From Antedon mediterranea (lineage: Eukaryota; Animalia; Echinodermata), in contig NC_092679.1 of the NCBI RefSeq assembly GCF_964355755.1, positions 8,648,201 through 8,712,200 on the forward strand: DNA of 64,000 nt, in the 5' to 3' direction. The position numbers and the translations under genes are program-made. Within the stretch, counting starts at the first letter, position 1. Each line of letters begins with the position of its first letter. The notes under the pieces are model-generated. The model did not search any database. It worked only from the letters and a program-made list of their open reading frames with translations, and had not been told where the DNA came from. Positions 35,901 through 50,900 of the stretch are shown in pieces.

Positions 35901-38900
35901 ACAATTTGATGTTTTTATGTTAACAAGTTTTTTAGAAAATCACAAAATGGTCTAAAATGTCTCGAAATGCGATTTGAAGCTATTCTAAGCACTTTGGTGT
36001 TTTTATGTTAACAAGTTTTTTCGAAAATCACAAAATGGTCTAAAACGTCTCCAAATGCGATTTGAAGCTATTCTAAGCACTTTTGTGTTTTTATGTTAAC
36101 AAGTTTTTTTCGAAAATCACAAAATGGTCTAAAACGTCTCCAAATGCGATTTGAAGCTATTTTAAGCACTTTGGTGCTTTTGTGTAACCAAGTTTTTTCG
36201 AAAATCACGAAATGGTCTAAAACGTCTCCAAATGCGATTTGAAGCTATTCTAAGCACTTTGGTGTTTTTACGTTAACAAGTTTTTTCGAAAATCACAAAA
36301 TGGTCTAAAACGTCTCCAAATGCGATTTGAAGCTATTCTAAGCACTTTGGTGTTTTTATGTTAACAAGTTTTTTTGAAAATCACAAAATGGTCTAAAACG
36401 TCTCCAAATGCGATTTGAAGCTATTTAAAGCACTTTGGTGTTTTTGTGTTAACAAGTTTTTTCGAAAATCACAAAAGGGTCTAAAATGTCTAAACATGCG
36501 ATTTGAAGCTATTCTAAGCACTTTGGTGTTTTTATGTTAACAAGTTTTTTCGAAAATCACAAAATGGTCTAAAACGTCTCCAAATGCGATTTAAAGCTAT
36601 TTTAAGCACTTTTGTGTTTTTGTGTAACCAAGTTTTTTCGAAAATCACAAAAGGGTCTAAAATGTCTGTAAATGCGATTTGAAGCTATTTAAAGCACTTT
36701 GGTGTTTTTAGGTTAACAAGTTTTTTCGAAAATCACAAAATGGTCTAAAACGTCTACAAATGCGATTTGAAGCTATTCTAAGCACTTTTGTGTTTTTATG
36801 TTAACAAGTTTTTTCGAAAATCACAAAATGGTCTAAAACGTCTACAAATGCGATTTGAAGCTATTCTAAGCACTTTTGTGTTTTTATGTTAACAAGTTTT
36901 TTCGAAAATCACAAAATGGTCTAAAACGTCTACAAATGCGATTTGAAGCTATTCTAAGCACTTTTGTGTTTTTGTTTTAACAAGTTTTTCGAAAATCACA
37001 AAATTGTCTAAAACGTCTCCAAATGCGATATGAAGCTATTCTGTACACTTTGATGTTTTTATGTTAACAAGTTTTTTCGAAAATCACAATAGGGTCTAAA
37101 ATGTCTCGAAATGCGATTTGAAGCTATTCTAAGCACTTTGGTGTTTTTATGTTAACAAGTTTTTTCGAAATCACAAAATGGTCTAAAATGTCTCCAAATG
37201 CGATTTGAAGCTAATCTTAGCACATTGGTGTTTTTATGTTAACAAGTTTTTTCGAAAATCACAAAATGGTCTAAAACGACTCCAAATGCGATTTGAAGCT
37301 ATTCTGTACACTTTGGTGTTTTTTTGTTAACAAGTTTTTTCGAAAATCACAAAATGGTCTAAAACGTCTCCAAATGCGATTTGAAGCTATTCTGTACACT
37401 TTGGTGTTTTTATGTTAACAAGTTTTTTCGAAAATCACAAAATGGTCTAAAACGTCTCCAAATGCGATTTGAAGCTATTCTGTACACTTTGCTGTTTTGT
37501 GTGAAAAATGTTTGTCGAAATCCTCAAAATGGTCAAAAACGTTTTTAAATACGATATTAAGCTATTTTGTGCTCTTTGATGTTTTTGTGTGAAAAGTTTT
37601 ATCGAAATGCTCAAAATGGTCTAAAACGGTTTCTAATGTGATTTTAAGGACTTTGATGTTTTTGTGGAACCAAGTTTTTTCGAAAATCACAAAATGGTCT
37701 AAAACGTCTCCAAATGCGATTTGAAGCTATTTTAAACACTTTGGTGTTTTTGTGTTAACAAGTTTTTCGAAATCCTCAAAATGGTCTAAAACGTCTCCAA
37801 ATGCGATTTGAAGCTATTTGAAGCACTTTGGTGTTTTTATGTTAACAAGTTTTTTCGAAAATCACAAAATGGTCTAAAACGTCTCCACATGCGATTTGAA
37901 GCTATTCTGTACACTTTGATGTTTTTATGTTAACAAGTTTTTTCGAAAATCACAAAATGGTCTAAAACGTCTACAAATGCGATTTGAAGCTATTCTAAGC
38001 ACTTTTGTGTTTTTATGTTAACAAGTTTTTTCGAAAATCACAAAATGGTCTAAAACGTCTGCAAATGCGATTTGAAGCTATTCTTAGCACATTGGTGTTT
38101 TTATTTAAACAAATTTTTTCGAAACTCACAAAATGGTCTAAAACGTCTCCAAATGCGATTTGAAGCTATTTTAAGCACTTTGGTGTTTTTGTGTTAACAA
38201 GTTTTTCGAATGCTCAAAATGGTCTAAAACGTTTTTAAACACGATATTAAGCTATTTTGTGCTCTTTGATGTTTTTTTGTGAAAAGTTTTAGCGAAATGC
38301 TCAAAATGGTCTAAAACGATTTCTAATGTGATTTTAAGCACTTTGATGTTTTTATGTTAACTAGTTTTTTCGAAAATCACAAAATGGTCTAAAACGTCTC
38401 CAAATGCGATTTGAAGCTATTTTAAGCACTTAGGTGCTTTTGTGTAACCAAGTTTTTTCGAAAATCACAAAAGGGTCTAAAATGTCTCCAAATGTGATTT
38501 GAAGCTATTTTAAGCACTTTGGTGTTTTTGTGTTAACAAGTTTTTCGAAAATCACAAAATTGTCTAAAACGTCTCCAAATGCGATTTGAAGCTATTCTGT
38601 ACACTTTGATGTTTTTATGTTAACAAGTTTTTTAGAAAATCACAAAATGGTCTAAAACATCTCCAAATGCGATTTAAAGCTATTTTAAGGACTTTGGTGT
38701 TTTTATGTTAACAAGTTTTTTCGAAAATCACAAAATGGTCTAAAACGTCTCCAAATGCGATTTGAAGCTATTTTAAGCACTTTGGTGTTTTTGTGTTAAC
38801 AAGTTTTTCGAAATGCTCAAAATGGTCTAAAACGTCTCCAAATGCGATTTGAAGCTATTCTAAGCACATTGGTGTTTTTATTTAAACAAATTTTTTCGAA

Positions 38901-41900
38901 ACTCACAAAATGGTCTAAAACGTCTCCAAATGCGATTTGAAGCTATTTTAAGCACTTTGGTATTTTTGTGTTAACAAGTTTTTCGAAATGCTCAAAATGG
39001 TCTAAAACGTTTTTAAACACGATATTAAGCTATTTTGTGCTCTTTGATGTTTTTTTGTGAAAAGTTTTAGCGAAATGCTCAAAATGGTCTAAAACTATTT
39101 CTAATGTGATTTTAAGCACTTTGATGTTTTTATGTTAACTAGTTTTTTCGGAAATCACAAAAAGGTCTAAAATGTCTCCAAATGTGATTTGAAGCTATTT
39201 TAAGCACTTTGGTGTATTTGTGTTAACAAGTTTTTCGAAAATCACAAAATTGTCTAAAACGTCTCCAAATGCGATTTGAAGCTATTCTGTACACTTTGAT
39301 GTTTTTATGTTAACAAGTTTTTTAGAAAATCACAAAATGGTCTAAAATGTCTCCAAATGCGATTTGAAGCTATTCTAAGCACTTTGGTGTTTTTATGTTA
39401 ACAAGTTTTTTCGAAAATCACAAAATGGTCTAAAACGTCTCCAAATGCGATTTGAAGCTATTCTGTACACTTTGATGTTTTTATGTTAACAAGTTTTTTC
39501 GAAAATCACAAAATGGTCTAAAACGTTTCCAAATGCGATTTGAAGCTATTCTGTACACTTTGATGTTTTGTGTGAAAATTTTCTGTCGAAATCTCAAAAT
39601 GGTCAAAAACGTTTTTAAATACGATATTAAGCTACTTTGTGCTCTTTGATGTTTTTGTGTGAAATGTTTTATCGAAATGCTCAAAATGGTCTAAAACGGT
39701 TTCTAATGTGATTTCAAGCACTTTGATGTTTTTGTGTAACCAAGTTTTTCGAAAATCACAAAATTGTCTAAAACGTCTCCAAATGCGATTTGAAGCTATT
39801 CTGTACACTTTGATGTTTTTATGTTAACAAGTTTTTCGAAAATCACAAAATGGTCTAAAACGTCTCCAAATGCGATTTTAAGCTATTCTAAGCACTTTGG
39901 TGTTTTTATGTTAACAAGTTTTTTTGAAAATCACAAAATGGTCTAAAACGTCTCTAAATGCGATTTGAAGCTTTTCTGTTTTTATGTTAACAAGTTTTTT
40001 CGAAAATCACAAAATGGTCTAAAACGTTTCCAAATGCGATTTGAAGCTATTCTGTACACTTTGATGTTTTGTGTGAAAATTTTCTGTCGAAATGCTCAAA
40101 ATGGTCAAAAACGTTTTTAAATACGATATTAAGCTACTTTGTGCTCTTTGATGTGTTTGTGTGAAATGTTTTATCGAAATGCTCAAAATGATCTAAAACG
40201 GTTTCTAATGTGATTTCAAGCACTTTGATGTTTTTGTGTAACCAAGTTTTTCGAAAATCACAAAATTGTCTAAAACGTCTCCAAATGCGATTTGAAGCTA
40301 TTCTGTACACTTTGATGTTTTTATGTTAACAAGTATTTTAGAAAATCACAAAATGGTCTAAAATGTCTCTAAATGTGATTTGAAGCTATTCTAAGCACTT
40401 TGGTGTTTTTATGTTAACAAGTTTTTTCGAAAATCACAAAATGGTCTAAAACGTCTCCAAATGCGATTTGAAGCTATTTTAAGCACTTTGGTGTTTTTGT
40501 GTTAACAAGTTTTTCGAAAATCACAAAATGGTCTAAAACGTCTCCAAATGCGATTTGAAGCTATTTTAAGCACTTAGGTGCTTTTGTGTAACCAAGTTTT
40601 TTCGAAAATCACAAAAAGGTCTAAAATGTCTCCAAATGCGATTTGAAGCTATTCTAAGCACTTTGGTGTTTTTATGGAAACAATTTTTTTCGAAAATCAC
40701 AAAATGGTCTAAAACGTCTCCAATAGCAATTTGAAGCTTTTCTGTACACTTTGGTGTTTTTATGTTAACAAGTTTTTTCGAAAATCACAAAATGGTCTAA
40801 AACGTCTCCCAATGCGATTTGAAGCTATTCTGTACACTTTGATGTTTTTATGTTAACAAGTTTTTTATAAAATCACAAAATGGTCTAAAACGTCTACAAA
40901 TGCGATTTGAAGCTATTCTGTACACTTTGATGTTTTTATGTTAACAAGTTTTTTCGAAAATCACAAAATGGTCTAAAACGTCTACAAATGCGATTTGAAG
41001 TTATTCTAAGCACTTTTGTGTTTTTATGTTAACAAGTTTTTTCGAAAATCACAAAATGGTCTAAAACGTCTGCAAATGCGATTTGAAGCTATTCTTAGCA
41101 CATTGGTGTTTTTATTTAAACAAATTTTTTCGAAACTCACAAATTGGTCTAAAACGTCTCCAAATGCAATTTGAAGCTATTTTAAGCACTTTGGTATTTT
41201 TTTGTTAACAAGTTTTTCGAAATGCTCAAAATGGTCTAAAACGTTTTTAAACACGATATTAAGCTATTTTGTGCTCTTTTATGTTTTTTTGTGAAAAGTT
41301 TTAGCGAAATGCTCAAAATGGTCTAAAACGATTTCTAATGTGATTTTAAGCACTTTGATGTTTTTATGTTAACTAGTTTTTTCGAAAATCACAAAATGGT
41401 CTAAAACGTCTCCAAATGCGATTTGAAGCTATTTTAAGCACTTAGGTGCTTTTGTGTAACCAAGTTTTTTCGAAAATCACAAAAAGGTCTAAAATGTCTC
41501 CAAATGTGATTTGAAGCTATTTTAAGCACTTTGGTGTTTTTGTGTTAACAAGTTTTTCGAAAATCACAAAATTGTCTAAAACGTCTCCAAATGCGATTTT
41601 AAGCTATTCTAAGCACTTTGGTGTTTTTATGTTAACAAGTTTTTTTGAAAATCACAAAATGGTCTAAAACGTCTCTAAATGCGATTTGAAGCTTTTCTGT
41701 ACACTTTGATGTTTTTATGTTAACAACTTTTTTCGAAAATCACAAAATGGTCTAAAATGTCTCCAAATGCGATTTTAAGCTATTCTAAGCACTTTGGTGT
41801 TTTTATGGAAACAATTTTTTTCGAAAATCACAAAATGGTCTAAAACGTCTCCAATAGCGATTTGAAGCTTTTCTGTACACTTTGGTGTTTTTATGTTAAC

Positions 41901-44900
41901 AAGTTTTTTCGAAAATCACAAAATGGTCTAAAACGTCTCCAAATAGGATTTGAAGCTATTCTGTACACTTTGATGTTTTTATGTTAACAAGTTTTTTCGA
42001 AAATCACAAAATGGTCTAAAACGTTTCCAAATGCGATTTGAAGCTATTCTTTACACTTTGATGTTTTGTGTGAAAATTTTCTGTCGAAATGCTCAAAATG
42101 GTCAAAAACGTTTTTAAATACGATATTAAGCTACTTTGTGCTCTTTGATGTTTTTGTGTGAAATGTTTTATCGAAATGCTCAAAATGGTCTAAAACGGTT
42201 TCTAATGTGATTTCAAGCACTTTGATGTTTTTGTGTAACAAAGTTTTTCAAAAATCACAAAATTGTCTAAAACGTCTCCAAATGCGATTTGAAGCTATTC
42301 TGTACACTTTGATGTTTTTATGTTAACAAGTTTTTCGAAAATCACAAGATGGTCTAAAACGTCTCCAAATGCGATTTTAAGCTTTTCTTTACACTTTGGT
42401 GTTTTTATGTTAACAAGTTTTTTCGAAAATCACAAAATGGTCTAAAACGTCTCCAAATGCGATTTGAAGCTATTCTGTACACTTTGATGTTTTTATGTTA
42501 ATAAGTTTTTTCGAAAATCACAAAATGGTCTAAAACGTCTACAAATGCGATTTGAAGCTATTCTAAGCACTTTTGTGTTTTTATGTTAACAAGTTTTTTC
42601 GAAAATCACAAAATGGTCTAAAACGTCTGCAAATGCGATTTGAAGCTATTCTTAGCACATTGGTGTTTTTATTTTAAAAAATTTTTCGAAACTCACAAAA
42701 TGGTCTAAAACGTCTCCAAATGCGATTTGAAGCTATTTTAAGCACTTTGGTGTTTTTGTGTTAACAAGTTTTTCGAAATGCTCAAAATGGTCTAAAACGT
42801 TTTTAAACACGATATTAAGCTATTTTGTGCTCTTTGATGTTTTTTTGTGAAAAGTTTTAGCGAAATGCTCAAAATGGTCTAAAACGATTTCTAATGTGAT
42901 CTTAAGCACTTTGATGTTTTTATGTTAACTAGTTTTTTCGAAAATCACAAAATGGTCTAAAACGTCTCCAAAGGCGATTTGAAGCTATTTTAAGCACTTA
43001 GGTGCTTTTGTGTAATCAAGTTTTTTCGAAAATCACAAAAGGGTCCAAAATGTCTCCAAATGTGATTTGAAGCTATTTTAAGCACTTTTGTGTTTTTGTG
43101 TTAACAAGTTTTTCGAAAATCACAAAATTGTCTAAAACGTCTCCAAATGCGATTTGAAGCTATTCTGTACACTTTGATGTTTTTATGTTAACAAGTTTTT
43201 TAGAAAATCACAAAATGGTCTAAAATGTCTCCAAATGCGATTTGAAGCTATTTTAAGCACTTTGGTGTTTTTGTGTTAACAAGTTTTTTCGAAAATCACA
43301 AAATGGTCTAAAACTTCTCCAAATGCGATTTGAAGCTATTTTAAGCACTTTGGTGTTTTTGTGTTAACAAGTTTTTCGAAAATCACAAAATGGTCTAAAA
43401 CGTTTTTAAACACGATGTTAAGCTATTTTGTGCTCTTTGATGTTTTTTTGTGAAAAGTTGTAGCGAAATGCTCAAAATGGTCTAAAACGATTTCTAATGT
43501 GATTTTAAGCACTTTGATGTTTTTATGTTAACTAGTTTTTTCGAAAATCACAAAATGGTCTAAAACGTCTCCAATGTCGATTTGAAGCTATTTTAAGCAC
43601 TTAGGTGCTTTTGTGTAACCAAGTTTTTCGAAAATCACAAAAGGGTCTAAAATGTCTCCAAATGTGATTTGAAGCTATTTTAAGCACTTTGGTGTTTTTG
43701 TGTTAACAAGTTTTTCGAAAATCACAAAATGGTCTAAAACGTCTCCAAATGCGATTTGAAGCTATTCTGTACACTTTGATGTTTTTATGTTAACAACTTT
43801 TTTCGAAAATCACAAAATGGTCTAAAATGTCTCCAAATGCGATTTGAAGCTATTCTAAGCACTTTGGTGTTTTTATGGAAACAATTTTTTTCGAAAATCA
43901 CAAAATGGTCTAAAACGTCTCCAATAGCGATTTGAAGCTTTTCTGTACACTTTGGTGTTTTTATGTTAACAAGTTTTTTCGAAAATCACAAAATGGTCTA
44001 AAACGTTTCCAAATGCGATTTGAAGCTATTCTGTACACTTTGATGTTTTGTGTGAAAATTTTCTGTCGAAATGCTCAAAATGGTCAAAAACGTTTTTAAA
44101 TACGATATTAAGCTACTTTGTGCTCTTTGATGTTTTTGTGTGAAATGTTTTATCGAAATGCTCAAAATGGTCTAAAATGGTTTCTAATGTGATTTCAAGC
44201 ACTTTGATGTTTTTGTGTAACCAAGTTTTTCGAAAATCACAAAATTGTCTAAAACGTCTCCAAATGCGATTTGAAGCTATTCTGTACACTTTGATGTTTT
44301 TATGTTAACAAGTTTTTCGAAAATCACAAAATGGTCTAAAACGTCTCCAAATGCGATTTTAAGCTATTCTAAGCACTTTGGTGTTTTTATGTTAACAAGT
44401 TTTTTTGAAAATCACAAAATGGTCTAAAACGTCTCTAAATGCGATTTGAAGCTTTTCTGTACACTTTGATGTTTTTATGTTAACAACTTTTTTCGAAAAT
44501 CACAAAAAGGTCTAAAATGTCTCCAAATGCGATTTGAAGCTATTTTAAGCACTTTGGTGTTTTTATGGAAAAAATTTTTTTCGAAAATCACAAAATGGTC
44601 TAAAACGTCTCCAATAGCGATTTGAAGCTTTTCTGTACACTTTGGTGTTTTTATGTTAACAAGTTTTTTCGAAAATCACAAAATGGTCTAAAACGTCTCC
44701 AAATGCGAATTGAAGCTATTCTGTACACTTTGATGTTTTTATGTTAACAAGTTTTTTCGAAAATCACAAAATGGTCTAAAACGTCTACAAATGCGATTTG
44801 AAGCTATTCTATGCACTTTTGTGTTTTTATGTTAACAAGTTTTTTCGAAAATCACAAAATGGTCTAAAACGTCTGCAAAAGTGATTTGAAGCTATTCTTA

Positions 44901-47900
44901 GCACATTGGTGTTTTTATTTAAACAAATTTTTTCGAAACTCACAAAATGGTCTAAAACGTCTCCAAATGCGATTTGAAGCTATTTTAAGCACTTTGGTGT
45001 TTTTGTGTTAACAAGTTTTTCGAAATGCTCAAAATGGTCTAAAACGTTTTTAAACACGATATTAAGCTATTTTGTGCTCTTTGATGTTTTTTTGTGAAAA
45101 GTTTTAGCGAAATGCTCAAAATGGTCTAAAACGATTTCTAATGTGATTTTAAGCACTTTGATGTTTTTATGTTAACTAGTTTTTTCGAAAATCACAAAAT
45201 GGTCTAAAACGTCTCCAAATGTGATTTGAAGCTATTCTAAGCACTTTGGTGTTTTTATGTTAACAGTTTTTTCGAAAATCACAAAATGGTCTAAAATGTC
45301 TCCAAATGTGATTTGAAGCTATTTTAAGCACTTTTGTGTTTTTGTGTTAACAAGTTTTTCGAAAATCACAAAATTGTCTAAAACGTCTCCAAATGCGATT
45401 TGAAGCTATTCTGTACACTTTGATGTTTTTATGTTAACAAGTTTTTTAGAAAATCACAAAATGGTCTAAAATGTCTCCAAATGGGATTTGAAGCTATTCT
45501 AAGCATTTTGGTGTTTTTATGGTAACAAGTTTTTTAGAAAATCACAAAATGGTCTAAAACATCTCCAAATGCGATTTAAAGCTATTTTAAGCACTTTTGT
45601 GTTTTTGTGTAACCAAGTTTTTTCGAAAATCACAAAAGGGTCTAAAACGTTTTTAAACACGATGTTAAGCTATTTTGTGCTCTTTGATGTTTTTTTGTGA
45701 AAAGTTGTAGCGAAATGCTCAAAATGGTCTAAAACGATTTCTAATGTGATTTTAAGCACTTTGATGTTTTTATGTTAACTAGTTTTTTTCGAAAATCACA
45801 AAATGGTCTAAAACGTCTCCAAATGCGATTTGAAGCTATTTTAAGCACTTAGGTGCTTTTGTGTAACCAAGTTTTTTCGAAAATCACAAAAGGGTCTAAA
45901 ATGTCTCCAAATGTGATTTGAAGCTATTTTAAGCACTTTGGTGTTTTTGTGTTAACAAGTTTTTCGAAAATCACAAAATTGTCTAAAACGTCTCCAAATG
46001 CGATTTGAAGCTATTCTGTACACTTTGATGTTTTTATGTTAACAAGTTTTTTAGAAAATCACAAAATGGTCTAAAACATCTCCAAATCCGATTTAAAGCT
46101 ATTTTAAGGACTTTGGTGTTTTTATGTTAACAAGTTTTTTCGAAAATCACAAAATGGTCTAAAACGTCTCCAAATGCGATGTGAAGCTATTTTAAGCACT
46201 TTGGTGTTTTTGTGTTAACAAGTTTTTCGAAATCCTCAAAATGGTCTAAAACGTCCCCAAATGCGATTTGAAGCTATTCTAAGCACTTTGGTGTTTTTAT
46301 GTTAACAAGTTTTTTCGAAAATCACAAAATGGTCTAAAACGTCTCCAAATGCGATTTGAAGCTATTCTGTACACTTTGATGTTTTTATGTTAACAAGTTT
46401 TTTCGAAAATCACAAAATGGTCTAAAACGTCTACAAATGCGATTTGAAGCTATTCTAAGCACTTTTGTGTTTTTATGTTAACAAGTTTTTCGAAAATCAC
46501 AAAATTGTCTAAAACGTCTTCAAATGCGATTTGAAGCTATTCTGTACACTTTGATGTTTTTATGTTAACAAGTTTTTCGAAAATCACAAAATGGTCTAAA
46601 ACGTCTCCAAATGCGATTTTAAGCTATTCTAAGCACTTTGGTGTTTTTATGTTAACAAGTTTTTTTGAAAATCACAAAATGGTCTAAAACGTCTCTAAAT
46701 GCGATTTGAAGCTTTTCTGTACACTTTGATGTTTTTAAGTTAACAACTTTTTTCGAAAATCACAAAATGGTCTAAAATGTCTCCAAAATGCGATTTGAAG
46801 CTATTCTAAGCACTTTGGTGTTTTTATGGAAACAATTTTTTTTCGAAAATCACAAAATGGTCTAAAACGTCTCCAATAGCGATTTGAAGCTTTTCTGTAC
46901 ACTTTGGTGTTTTTATGTTAACAAGTTTTTTCGAAAATCACAAAATGGTCTAAAACGTCTCCAAATGCGATTTGAAGCTATTCTGTACACTTTGATGTTT
47001 TTATGTTAACAAGTTTTTTCGAAAATCACAAAATGGTCTAAAACGTCTCCAAATGCGATTTGAAGCTTTTCTGTACACTTTGATGTTTTTATGTTAACAA
47101 GTTTTTTCGAAAATCACAAAATGGTCTAAAACGCTTCCAAATGCGATTTGAAGCTATTCTGTACACTTTGATGTTTTGTGTGAAAATTTTCTGTCGAAAT
47201 GCTCAAAATGGTCAAAAACGTTTTTAAATACGATATTAAGCTACTTTGTGCTCTTTGATGTTTTTGTGTGAAATGTTTTATCGAAATGCTCAAAATGGTC
47301 TATAACGGTTTCTAATGTGATTTCAAGCACTTTGATGTTTTTGTGTAACCAAGTTTTTCGAAAATCACAAAATTGTCTAAAACGTCTCCAAATGCGATTT
47401 GAAGCTATTCTGTACACTTTGATGTTTTTATGTTAACAAGTTTTTAGAAAATCACAAAATGGTCTAAAACGTCTCTAAATGCGATTTGAAGCTTTTCTGT
47501 ACACTTTGATGTTTTTAAGTTAACAACTTTTTTCGAAAATCACAAAATGGTCTAAAATGTCTCCAAAATGCGATTTGAAGCTATTCTAAGCACTTTGGTG
47601 TTTTTATGGAAACAATTTTTTTTCGAAAATCACAAAATGGTCTAAAACGTCTCCAATAGCGATTTGAAGCTTTTCTGTACACTTTGGTGTTTTTATGTTA
47701 ACAAGTTTTTTCGAAAATCACAAAATGGTCTAAAACGTCTCCAAATGCGATTTGAAGCTATTCTGTACACTTTGATGTTTTTATGTTAACAAGTTTTTTC
47801 GAAAATCACAAAATGGTCTAAAACGTCTCCAAATGCGATTTGAAGCTTTTCTGTACACTTTGATGTTTTTATGTTAACAAGTTTTTTCGAAAATCACAAA

Positions 47901-50900
47901 ATGGTCTAAAACGCTTCCAAATGCGATTTGAAGCTATTCTGTACACTTTGATGTTTTGTGTGAAAATTTTCTGTCGAAATGCTCAAAATGGTCAAAAACG
48001 TTTTTAAATACGATATTAAGCTACTTTGTGCTCTTTGATGTATTTGTGTGAAATGTTTTATCGAAATGCTCAAAATGGTCTATAACGGTTTCTAATGTGA
48101 TTTCAAGCACTTTGATGTTTTTGTGTAACCAAGTTTTTCGAAAATCACAAAATTGTCTAAAACGTCTCCAAATGCGATTTGAAGCTATTCTGTACACTTT
48201 GATGTTTTTATGTTAACAAGTTTTTAGAAAATCACAAAATGGTCTAAAACGTCTCCAAATGCGATTTTAAGCTATTCTAAGCACTTTGGTGTTTTTATGT
48301 TAAAAAGTTTTTTTGAAAATCACAAAATGTTCTAAAACGTCTCTAAATGCGATTCGAAGCTTTGCTGTACACTTTGATGTTTTTATGTTAACAACTTTTT
48401 TCGAAAATCACAAAATGGTCTAAAATGTCTCCAAATGCGATTTGAAGCTATTCTAAGCACTTTGGTGTTTTTATGGAAACAATTTTTTTCGAAAATCACA
48501 AAATGGTCTAAAACGTCTACAATAGCGATTTGAAGCTTTTCTGTACACTTTGGTGTATTTATGTTAACAAGTTTTTTCGAAAATCACAAAATGGTCTAAA
48601 ACGTCTCCAAATGTGATTTGAAGCTTTTTTAAGCACTTTGGTGTTTTTATCTTAACAAGTTTTTTCGAAAATCACAAAATGGTCTAAAACGTCTCCAAAT
48701 GCGATTTGAAGCTATTCTAAGCACTTTGGTGTTTTTATGTTAACAAGTTTTTTCAAAAATCACAAAACGGTCTAAAACGTCTCCAAATGCGATTTGAAGC
48801 TATTCTGTACACTTTGATGTTTTTATGTTAACAAGTTTTTTCAAAAATCACAAAATGGTCTAAAACGTTTCCAAATGCGATTTGAAGCTATTCAAATAGC
48901 ATTTGATGTTTTGTGTGAAAATTTTCTGTCGAAATGCTCAAAATGGTCAAAAACGTTTTTAAATACGATATTAAGCTACTTTGTGCTCTTTGATGTTTTT
49001 GTGTGAAAAGTTTTATCGAAATGCTCAAAATGGTCTAAAACGGTTGCTAATGTGATTTCAAGCACTTTGATGTTTTTGTGTAACCAAGTTTTTCGAAAAT
49101 CACAAAATTGTCTAAAACGTCTCCAAATGCGATTTGAAGCTATTCTGTACACTTTGATGTTTTTATGTTAACAAGTTTTTTCGAAAATCACAAAAGAGTC
49201 TAAAATATCTCGAAATGCGATTTGAAGCTATTCTAAGCACTTTGGTGTTTTTATGTTAACAAGTTTTTTCGAAATCACAAAATGGTCTAAAATGTCTCCA
49301 AATGCGATTTGAAGCTAATCTTAGCACATTGGTGTTTTTATGTTAACAAGTTTTTTCGAAAATCACAAAATGGTCTAAAACGACTCCAAATGCGATTTGA
49401 AGCTATTCTGTATACTTTTGGTGTTTTTATGTTAACAAGTTTTTTCGAAAATCACAAAATGGTCTAAAACGTCTCCAAATGCGATTTGAAGCTATTCTAA
49501 GCACTTTGGTGTTTTTATGTTAACAAGTTTTTTCGAAAATCACAAAATGGTCTAAAACGTCTCCAAATGCGATTTGAAGCTATTCTGTACACTTTGATGT
49601 TTTTATGTTAAAAAGTTTTTTCGAAAATCACAAAATGGTCTAAAACGTTTCCAAATGCGATTTGAAGCTAGTCTGTACACTTTGATGTTTTGTGTGAAAA
49701 TTTTCTGTCGAAATGCTCAAAATGGTCAAAAACGTTTTTAAATACGATATTAAGCTACTTTGTGCTCTTTGATGTTTTTGTGTGAAATGTTTTATCGAAA
49801 TGCTCAAAATGGTCTAAAACGGTTTCTAATGTGATTTCAAGCACTTTGATGTTTTTGTGTAACCAAGTTTTTCGAAAATCACAAAATTGTCTAAAACGTC
49901 TCCAAATGCGATTTGAAGCTATTCTGTACACTTTGGTGTTTTTATGTTAACAAGTTTTTTTGAAAATCACAAAATGGTCTAAAACGTCTCTAAATGCGAT
50001 TTGAAGCTTTTCTGTACACTTTGATGTTTTTATGTTAACAACTTTTTTCGAAAATCACAAAATGGTCTAAAATGTCTCCAAATGCGATTTGAAGCTATTC
50101 TAAGCACTTTGGTGTTTTTATGGAAACAATTTTTTTCGAAAATCACAAAATGGTCTAAAACGTCTCCAATAGCGATTTGAAGCTTTTCTGTACACTTTGG
50201 TGTTTTTATGTTAACAAGTTTTTTCGAAAATCACAAAATGGTCTAAAACGTCTCCAAATGCGATTTGAAGCTATTCTGTACACTTTGATGTTTTTATGTT
50301 AACTAGTTTTTTCGAAAATCACAAAATGGTCTAAAACGTCTACAAATGCGATTTGAAGCTATTCTGTACACTTTGATGTTTTTATGTTAACAAGTTTTTT
50401 CGAAAATCACAAAATGGTCTAAAACGTTTCCAAATGCGATTTGAAGCTATTCTGTACACTTTGATGTTTTGTGTGAAAATTTTCTGTCGAAATGCTCAAA
50501 ATGGTCAAAAACGTTTTTAAATACGATATTAAGCTACTTTGTGCTCTTTGATGTTTTTGTGTGAAATGTTTTATCGAAATGCTCAAAATGGTCTAAAACG
50601 GTTTCTAATGTGATTTCAAGCACTTTGATGTTTTTGTGTAACCAAGTTTTTCGAAAATCACAAAATTGTCTAAAACGTCTCCAAATGCGATTTGAAGCTA
50701 TTCGGTACACTTTGATGTTTTTATGTCAACAAGTTTTTCGAAAATCACAAAATGGTCTAAAACGTCTCCAAATGCGATTTTAAGCTATTCTAAGCACTTT
50801 GGTGTTTTTATGTTAACAAGTTTTTTTGAAAATCACAAAATGGTCTAAAACGTCTCTAAATGCGATTTGAAGCTTTTCTGTACACTTTGATGTTTTTATG

